Source: an uncultured Candidatus Rokubacteria bacterium
Lineage (GTDB): Bacteria; Methylomirabilota; Methylomirabilia; Rokubacteriales; CSP1-6
NCBI GenBank assembly: GCA_963771355.1
Contig: CAVYTA010000007.1
Coordinates: 480,001-544,000 of the forward strand
Direction: 5' to 3'
DNA length: 64,000 bases
Under the pieces are notes generated by a model that had not been told where the DNA came from, did no database searches, and worked only from the letters and a program-made list of their open reading frames with translations. This document shows, in pieces, positions 57,831 to 64,000 of the stretch. How positions within the stretch are numbered: the stretch's first letter is position 1; every line of letters starts with the position of its first letter. The translations under genes were made by a program, and so were the position numbers.

Positions 57831-59687
57831 ATGAAGCCATTCGTCATCAACCGCTACGGCCGCATCGTCTTTCCCGAGAGCTTCTTCCCCGAGCTGGACT
57901 TCTCCGTGTTCGACACCCTCGAGCAATTTGCCGCGGTGATCAAGCGGGACTTCGAGGAGAAGGCGCCGAGCGAGACCGACATCGTGGCGCGCGTGGAGGC
58001 GCGAGAGTACGGCGGCCGCTACGAGCTGCTCCGTGACCTCGCCCTGAACCTCTTCTGGGTCAACCGCTATGCCATGACGATGTACGAGAAGCGCCCCACG
58101 CGGTGGCGCGACGTGGCCCGCCAGCGCGACGACGTGTTCCTCCCGGTGTTCAAGCCGTGGGACGGCTCCGAGCTCACCGCGGCCATCGAGACGGGCTACC
58201 GCTCGCTCAAGGCGTCCTGGGACGAGGGCACCGAGGACAAGATCTGCCGCATCCTGCTCGACGTGTTCCGCCACAAGAAGGGCGCGGGAGCGGAGCTGCC
58301 CGCCATCAAGCCCACCGTGGCCGAGCTCCTCGCCCGGCCGAAGGGCCTCACCTATCACCTCCTCGCCTTCGACCCGGACTATCCGGGCTATGGCCACGAC
58401 GACATCATCGAGTACGCGCATGCCGTCCCCGAGCTGGAGGCGGTGATGCGCCAGGCCATGGTCCTGCACAACCAGTACCGCTGGGACCGCGCGCGGACGC
58501 GCCTCACCGAGGTGGGCCAGCTCCACGACGACGACTACGTGGTGGTGTTCCACCCGCGCAACGAGGACGTGCTGCAGTTCATCCGGCGGGTGAAGTCCGG
58601 GCAGCGCGCCCGCCTCCGCCGGCCCGCGCCCGCCGAGTCGGTGCGGCCCATCGCGCCCTATCCGCCGGTGGTGGTGAGCAAGCGCTACAGCGTGCTGCCC
58701 CGCCTCGAGGCCCTGGCGGTGTACAAGGGGGAGCGCCCCTGCACCAACGAGGATCTCATCCGCAACGCGGCCTATTGCTGGTCCCCCATGAGCGCGGATG
58801 AAATCCTCAAGAAGACCGGCATCCAGCAGCGGGTGTACACCGAGCTGGATCTCGACCACATCGCGCTCCTCGCCGCGCGTCGCGCGCTGGAGAAGTCGGG
58901 GCGGCGGGCGGAGGAGATCGGCGCGGTGATCTTCTGCTCCTGCACGAGCGTGAAGATGATGCCGTCGCTGGCCACCTGGCTCTCCGGCCAGCTCGGCCTC
59001 TTCCAGACCCATGCCTCGGTGGACATGGTGGCCGCCTGCGCAGGACTGCCCTATGGACTCTCGGAGGCGGTGCGCCTGCTCCAGGAGGTCGAGCGCCCGG
59101 TGCTGGTGGTGTGCGGCGAGAAGTTCTCCGACAAGATCGGCACCGTGCGGACGTCCCGGATGATCTTCGGCGACGGCGCCGCCGCGCTGGTGCTCGCGCC
59201 CGCCCCACCCGGCGCCGCCAGCGACATCGAGGTCTACCAGACCTATGCCTCGGGGCCCATGGCGGAGGTGGACTCCATCATCTGGCCCAATCCGAGCTTC
59301 GACAACAACATCACCGTGTACGGCCCGGAGGTGCGCGCCCTGGTGAAGCGCTATCTCGGCCAGATGATCGACGAGATGCGCGAGCTGCCGAACACCGAGG
59401 GCGGCCCCGGCTCGCTGCTCGACGCGGTGGACCTCATCGTGCCGCACCAGGCCAACAAGGTGATGGTGGTCAATATCGCGAAGGCGGCGGGGGTCGCACC
59501 GGAGCGACTCTATTTCAACGTCGACTCGGTGGGGAATACCTCGTCGGCCAGCATTCCCATCGCCATCCACGACGCGGTGCGGGACGGCGTGATCAACCGG
59601 CCGATGCGGATCTTCGCCCCCGGATTCGGGGCGGGCGCGGTGGCGGGCTACGTGGTGATGCGCATCGACCCGGCGATCATGGCCTGA
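57831..59687 (+). CDS. 3-oxoacyl-ACP synthase III (FabH-like) with a roughly 280-aa N-terminal extension
   Basis: AACAG (Cys), FGDGAAA, PHQAN, GNTSSAS and GFGAG. RBS GGAGG. Confidence 0.85.
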   Translation: MKPFVINRYGRIVFPESFFPELDFSVFDTLEQFAAVIKRDFEEKAPSETDIVARVEAREYGGRYELLRDLALNLFWVNRYAMTMYEKRPTRWRDVARQRDDVFLPVFKPWDGSELTAAIETGYRSLKASWDEGTEDKICRILLDVFRHKKGAGAELPAIKPTVAELLARPKGLTYHLLAFDPDYPGYGHDDIIEYAHAVPELEAVMRQAMVLHNQYRWDRARTRLTEVGQLHDDDYVVVFHPRNEDVLQFIRRVKSGQRARLRRPAPAESVRPIAPYPPVVVSKRYSVLPRLEALAVYKGERPCTNEDLIRNAAYCWSPMSADEILKKTGIQQRVYTELDLDHIALLAARRALEKSGRRAEEIGAVIFCSCTSVKMMPSLATWLSGQLGLFQTHASVDMVAACAGLPYGLSEAVRLLQEVERPVLVVCGEKFSDKIGTVRTSRMIFGDGAAALVLAPAPPGAASDIEVYQTYASGPMAEVDSIIWPNPSFDNNITVYGPEVRALVKRYLGQMIDEMRELPNTEGGPGSLLDAVDLIVPHQANKVMVVNIAKAAGVAPERLYFNVDSVGNTSSASIPIAIHDAVRDGVINRPMRIFAPGFGAGAVAGYVVMRIDPAIMA

Positions 59688-59755
59688 CCACCGGGCACGC
59701 CCTGACCGGCGCGCATGGCCTGAGAACGGCGCATGGCCTGACCGGCATGGCCTGA
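59678..59755 (+). repeat. Five copies of CATGGCCTGA (the gene's 3' end), spacing 18/18/18/14
   Basis: Copies at 59678, 59696 (degenerate), 59714, 59732 and 59746. Confidence 0.7.
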
Positions 59756-60012
59756 CCAGCTCGGGGGGAGGAGGGTCGGCTTCCGCCGGCCCTCCTGCCA
59801 ACCCCCTGGTCTAGGCGCCGCCTCAAGCGGCGCGTCCCCGACTAGCGTCGGGCTCTGCGTTTCGCAGTGGAGGGCGCCGCCTGCTTCGGCGCTCGCCGCG
59901 AAGGCGGGATCACCGAGCCGACGGCGCCACTGACGAGTCCGGTGGCGTATCCATCGTGAGCTCAGTTGGCGCCGCTCCCGTCCCCATGTCAAGGGGTCAC
60001 TGAGCAGATCGG

Positions 60013-62169
60013 TCAGCGCTGCGCGTCGAGCTCCACGCGCAGCAACGTGTCGAGGATGCTGACGCCCGTGCCGCGCTCGCCCACCGCCACCGGATTGAGG
60101 TCCATCTCTGTCACGCCTGCCGCGGCGAGCGCCCGCGCGGCCGCGCCGAGCCGCACGAGCAGATCCGCCGCCGCAGCGAGATCGAGCGGCGGCCGGCCGC
60201 GCACGCCGTCCCAGAGCGCGGCGACCCGGAGCGCGCGCAGCGCCTCCTCCGCCGCCACCGTGTCGATGGGCGGCACCAGGAGATGGAAGTCGCGCAGTGT
60301 CTCGACGAGCACGCCCCCCGCCGCGACCATCACCACCGGACCGAAGACCGGATCGCGCTTGACGCCCAGCGCCAGCTCGAGCTCGCCCTTCGCCTGGCGC
60401 TGGACGAGCAGTCCGTCCAGGCGCGCGCGCGGCGCGTGCGCGGCGACGGTATCGAGAATGCGGCGTGCCGCCTCGCGCACCGCGGCGCCATCGCCGAGGC
60501 CCAGCGCCACTCCGCCCACGTCGGACTTGTGCGGCAGATCCGGCGAGCAGATCTTCACCACCACCGGATAGCCGAGCGCCTCGGCCGCCGCCGCCGCCGC
60601 GTCCGGATCGGCGGCGAGCCGGCTCGCGACCAGCGGCAGCCCGAAGGGCTCGAGGCGGCGCCGGCTCTCCCACTCGCTGAGAAAGCCGTCCGCCGAGACG
60701 CGCGGCGCCGGCCCGGAAAGGGGCGGGGGCGTCGGCGCGGGCGCCGCCGCGGCGGCGGCGAGGCGCGCCTGCCAGCGTGGCCGTCGGCGCGTGACCTCCG
60801 CCAGGCAGGCCAGCGAGCGGAGCGCCACCGTGGAGTCGTCGAAGGCGAGCACGCCCGCCTCGCGGAACAGCGCCACCACGTGGGGCTGCGGGCACGACAT
60901 GGCGACGACCTTGCCGGTGGTCGCCGCCACCCGACCCACGTCGCGGGCGAAGCGCGCGACGTCGGTGGCGGCACCGAAGAGCGCGACCTGGAAGACGATC
61001 ATGTCCACGCCGGGATCGGCTTCCAGCACCGGCAGCACCCGCATGAGCATCCCGGGATCGGTGAGGATCTGCGCGGTGAGGTCCACGGGATTCTGCGGGG
61101 CCGCGAAGTCGGGGAGGGCGGCGCGGAGGCCGGCGGTGGTCTCGGCGGAGAACTCCGCCGGGATCAGTCCCAGATCGACGCACAGATCCACCGAGAGCAC
61201 GCCCAGCCCGCCCGAGTTCGAGACGATGGCCACGCGGCGCCCCGCCTCCGCATAGCGGAGGAAGGCCTGCGGCAGGCGGAGCAGATCGGCGGGGTCGGCG
61301 GCGCGCAGGGCGCCCCAGTCGCGGAATACCGCGTCGTACACCGCGTCCTCGCCGGCCAGAGAGCCCGTGTGCGAGGCGGCCGCGCGCTGGCCCTGCGCGC
61401 TGCGCCCGGATTTCAGCACGAAGACGGGCACGCGGTGGCGGTGCGCGCGCGCGAGGGCTCCGCGGAAGCGCTCCGCGTCCTTCACGTCCTCGAGATAGCA
61501 GCAGGCCACGCGCGTCTCTCCGTCCGCGACGACCTCGGCGAGGATGTCCGCGGCCTGCACGTCCGCCTCGTTTCCCGTGCTCACCCAGTAGTTGAGGCCG
61601 AGCCCCTGCGTCCGCGCCAGCTCGTAGAGCATCCCCGCCATGGCGCCGCTCTGGCTGACCATCGCGATGGGGCCGATGCAGAGCGGTTCGTCGAGGAAGC
61701 CGGAGGCGAAGGTGGTCATCAGCCGCGTCGGCAGGTGCGCGATGCCCTGGCAGTTCGGGCCCACGATGCGGAGTCCGGTGCGGTGGGCCAGCGCGGTGAG
61801 GCGGGCCTGCGCCTCGCGCCCGGCTCCACCCACTTCGGCAAATCCGCTGCTGAAGACGATGGCGGCGCGCACTCCGTGGACGGCGGCCGCCTCCAGGGCG
61901 GGCTCGACGGCCTCGGCGGGCACCACCACCACCGCGAGGTCGACCGGCGCGGGCACGTCCGAGATGGACGCGAAGGCGGGAAGCCCCTGCACGGTCGTGC
62001 GCGACGGGTTCACCGGGTAGACCTTTCCGGCATACTGATAGCGGAGGAGAAAGGCCAGCGGCCGGCCCCCGATCTTGACGGGGTCGTCGGAGGCGCCGAG
62101 CACCGCGATGGCTCGGGGCGCCAGGAGCGCGCGGAGGCCGGGATCGCCCGGCACGGACGGAGGCGTCAC
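60013..62169 (-). CDS. ADP-forming acyl-CoA synthetase (acetate-CoA ligase family)
   Basis: IAVLGAS, YPVNP, GPNCQG, SQSG, SHTG, NPVDL, HKSDVGGV and EMDLNP. Confidence 0.9.
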   Translation of the reverse strand: MTPPSVPGDPGLRALLAPRAIAVLGASDDPVKIGGRPLAFLLRYQYAGKVYPVNPSRTTVQGLPAFASISDVPAPVDLAVVVVPAEAVEPALEAAAVHGVRAAIVFSSGFAEVGGAGREAQARLTALAHRTGLRIVGPNCQGIAHLPTRLMTTFASGFLDEPLCIGPIAMVSQSGAMAGMLYELARTQGLGLNYWVSTGNEADVQAADILAEVVADGETRVACCYLEDVKDAERFRGALARAHRHRVPVFVLKSGRSAQGQRAAASHTGSLAGEDAVYDAVFRDWGALRAADPADLLRLPQAFLRYAEAGRRVAIVSNSGGLGVLSVDLCVDLGLIPAEFSAETTAGLRAALPDFAAPQNPVDLTAQILTDPGMLMRVLPVLEADPGVDMIVFQVALFGAATDVARFARDVGRVAATTGKVVAMSCPQPHVVALFREAGVLAFDDSTVALRSLACLAEVTRRRPRWQARLAAAAAAPAPTPPPLSGPAPRVSADGFLSEWESRRRLEPFGLPLVASRLAADPDAAAAAAEALGYPVVVKICSPDLPHKSDVGGVALGLGDGAAVREAARRILDTVAAHAPRARLDGLLVQRQAKGELELALGVKRDPVFGPVVMVAAGGVLVETLRDFHLLVPPIDTVAAEEALRALRVAALWDGVRGRPPLDLAAAADLLVRLGAAARALAAAGVTEMDLNPVAVGERGTGVSILDTLLRVELDAQR

Positions 62170-62229
62170 GGGGAACGAGTATAGCAATGTTGGAGTACGC
62201 CGCACTTCGTGGGATGCTGGCCGAGCCTT

Positions 62230-63237
62230 ATGACCAGAGGCGACCAGGTCACCCGGCCGGATCCGGGCTCCCGGACGATACTCGTCGTCGAGGACGAGGC
62301 CGCCGTCCGTGACACCCTATCGGAAGCGCTGCGCCTCTTCGGCTACCAGGTGGCCACCGTCGACTCCGCGGAATCCGCCCTCCTCGAGATGGAGCGCTCC
62401 GTCCCCGACCTCGTCCTCACCGACGTGCACATGCGGGCCATCAGCGGCGTGGAGCTGTGCCGCCGCCTCAAGAATGATCCTCGGTTCGCGCTGGTGCCGG
62501 TGGTGATCCTCACCGGCGTGGCGGATCTCGCCGCGCGCGTGGCGGGGCTGGACGCGGGCGCGGACGACTTCTTCGCCAAGCCGGTGGAGTTCACCGAGCT
62601 GCGAACGCGAGTGGGGGCGCTGCTGCGCGTGAAGGGCCTCGTGGACGAGCTCGAGCACGCCGAGGGTGTCATCGGCACGCTCGCCCTCACCATCGAGGCG
62701 CGCGATCCGTATACCATGGGCCACTGCGAGCGACTGTCGCACTACGCGGTGACCCTGGGCCGCGAGGTGGGCGCCGAGCGACCCTTGATACGCTCGCTGC
62801 AGTGGGCGGGCTATCTCCACGATCTCGGCAAGATCGCGGTGCCGGACGGCGTGCTGCTCAAGCCGGGGCCGCTCACCGCGGAGGAGCGCGTGATCATCAA
62901 CCGGCATCCGGCGGCGGGCGCCGACCTCGTGAGCGGACTCCACACCCTCGACGACGTCCGGCCCATCATCCGCCACCACCACGAGCGCTGGGACGGCTCC
63001 GGTTATCCGGATGGCCTCGCCGGCGAGGCCATCCCGCTGGGCGCGCGGATCATGGCGGTGGTGGATGTCTTCGACGCGCTGCACACCACGCGGCCGTACA
63101 AGCGGTCGATGGCGCTCGACGAGGCGCTGGATATCCTGCGGCGGGAAGCCGACCGGGGCTTCTGGGAGTCGCGCATCGTCTCCACCTTCGCCGACCTCGT
63201 ACGGGACGGCCTGGTGAAGGCAGAGCCGCGGGCCTGA
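62230..63237 (+). CDS. REC-HD-GYP response regulator (putative c-di-GMP phosphodiesterase)
   Basis: REC domain, LHDLGK, HHERWDGSGYP and RPYK. Confidence 0.92.
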   Translation: MTRGDQVTRPDPGSRTILVVEDEAAVRDTLSEALRLFGYQVATVDSAESALLEMERSVPDLVLTDVHMRAISGVELCRRLKNDPRFALVPVVILTGVADLAARVAGLDAGADDFFAKPVEFTELRTRVGALLRVKGLVDELEHAEGVIGTLALTIEARDPYTMGHCERLSHYAVTLGREVGAERPLIRSLQWAGYLHDLGKIAVPDGVLLKPGPLTAEERVIINRHPAAGADLVSGLHTLDDVRPIIRHHHERWDGSGYPDGLAGEAIPLGARIMAVVDVFDALHTTRPYKRSMALDEALDILRREADRGFWESRIVSTFADLVRDGLVKAEPRA

Positions 63238-63261
63238 CCCCCTCGCGGTAGGTCCGGTATC

Positions 63262-63534
63262 ATGGGGCCCGCGATGTCGCGCCCGCCCCCTCGGCCCACC
63301 GCCTACGGCCTGCTCGTCGCCGCCACCGCGCTCCTGCTCCTCGTCCTGGGCGCGGGGCTCGCGAGCCAGGTCGGCCGGCCGTATCCCGGCTTCACCGCCG
63401 CGGTGGCGCCCGAGCTCATCACCTGGCCGTTGCTCGTCGAGACCTTCGGCGCGTATTTCCTCGTCTCCGCCCTGATGCTGGCGGCCGGGATCCTGGTGTA
63501 CCGGCAGAATCCCGCCGCGCGGCCCAACCGATAA
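63262..63534 (+). CDS. Small 2-TM protein; possibly a truncated sensor N-terminus
   Basis: Two hydrophobic helices around GRPYPGF. Confidence 0.45.
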   Translation: MGPAMSRPPPRPTAYGLLVAATALLLLVLGAGLASQVGRPYPGFTAAVAPELITWPLLVETFGAYFLVSALMLAAGILVYRQNPAARPNR

Positions 63535-63604
63535 GCAAGGAGAGCAGACGGGGGGAGAGCGGGGGCCATTTCGAGGCCCCCGCTGATGGTATAGACTGCC
63601 CGCC

Positions 63605-64000
63605 ATGCCGACCATGACCAAGCGCGAACGAGTGCTCGCGGCCACCACGCGGCAGCCGGTGGACCGGCCGCCGGTGGCCTTCTGGCGCCATGCTCCCCAC
63701 GTCGACCACACCGCGTCCGGTCTCGCCGGCGCCATGCTCGACTTTCATCGCCGATGGGATCTCGACCTCATCAAGATCATGTCGAGCGGCGTCTACTGCG
63801 TGGAGGACTGGGGCTGCCGGGTCGCCTATCAAGGCTCGCCGAACGGAGCCAAGATCTGCACGGAACACGCGGTGAAGACGACGACGGACTGGGACCGAGT
63901 CCGGGCGCTCGACCCTGGCGCGGGGGCGCTGGGGCGCGAGCTGGAAGCCCTGCGCCTCATCGTGCGGGGCCGCGGCGACGACGCGCCCGCGCTCCACACG
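63605..64000 (+). CDS. Uroporphyrinogen decarboxylase (URO-D/methyltransferase) family protein, 3' truncated by the window edge
   Basis: MTKRERV...VDRPPVAFWRH...DLDLIKI...EDWG, open to the window end. Confidence 0.8.
   Translation, partial: MPTMTKRERVLAATTRQPVDRPPVAFWRHAPHVDHTASGLAGAMLDFHRRWDLDLIKIMSSGVYCVEDWGCRVAYQGSPNGAKICTEHAVKTTTDWDRVRALDPGAGALGRELEALRLIVRGRGDDAPALHT

Noticed and set aside
59678..59755. Spaced short repeats considered as CRISPR or att sites
   Set aside because: 10-bp units with 4-8 bp gaps, and no integrase or cas gene nearby.
59930..59950. CTGACGAG resembling a hammerhead ribozyme core
   Set aside because: No stem II followed by GAAA on this strand.

Overview
A GC-rich (about 70% by eye), gene-dense bacterial chromosome segment with about 50 CDS. 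I saw no rRNA, tRNA, CRISPR array or transposase. Gene content and style suggest Candidatus Rokubacteria (Methylomirabilota); this is inference only. From left to right it holds: oxidoreductases (SDR, two D-2-hydroxyacid dehydrogenases, AKR); a REC-REC-GAF hybrid kinase; a molybdopterin oxidoreductase; a cobalt-type nitrile hydratase operon whose accessory protein is fused to a Cys-rich ferredoxin-like domain; a signalling and envelope region (15.7-28.7 kb); xth, mlaC, lhgO, a trypsin-rhodanese fusion and ggt; a treY-glgX-treZ-GDE-malQ operon; a peptide ABC module without an ATPase; class II RNR nrdJ with two NrdR boxes; then mlaA, an extended FabH-like enzyme, an acyl-CoA synthetase and an HD-GYP regulator. 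The best candidate for an undescribed system is at 22136-28715: NtrC-type sigma54 activator, sigma54 promoter, an unannotated 45-aa secreted-type peptide ORF, a cUUCGg hairpin, an orphan family-5 peptide-binding protein translationally coupled to a membrane histidine kinase, and a hybrid kinase. This is the layout of a peptide autoinduction (quorum-sensing-like) loop with sigma54 output. Other signals read from the DNA: seven sigma54 promoters, a QseE/QseG-like pair behind a sigma54-driven 32-aa membrane peptide, many apparently leaderless genes, and a double frameshift in a pentapeptide-repeat tract. All family assignments come from recognising motifs by eye; no searches were run.
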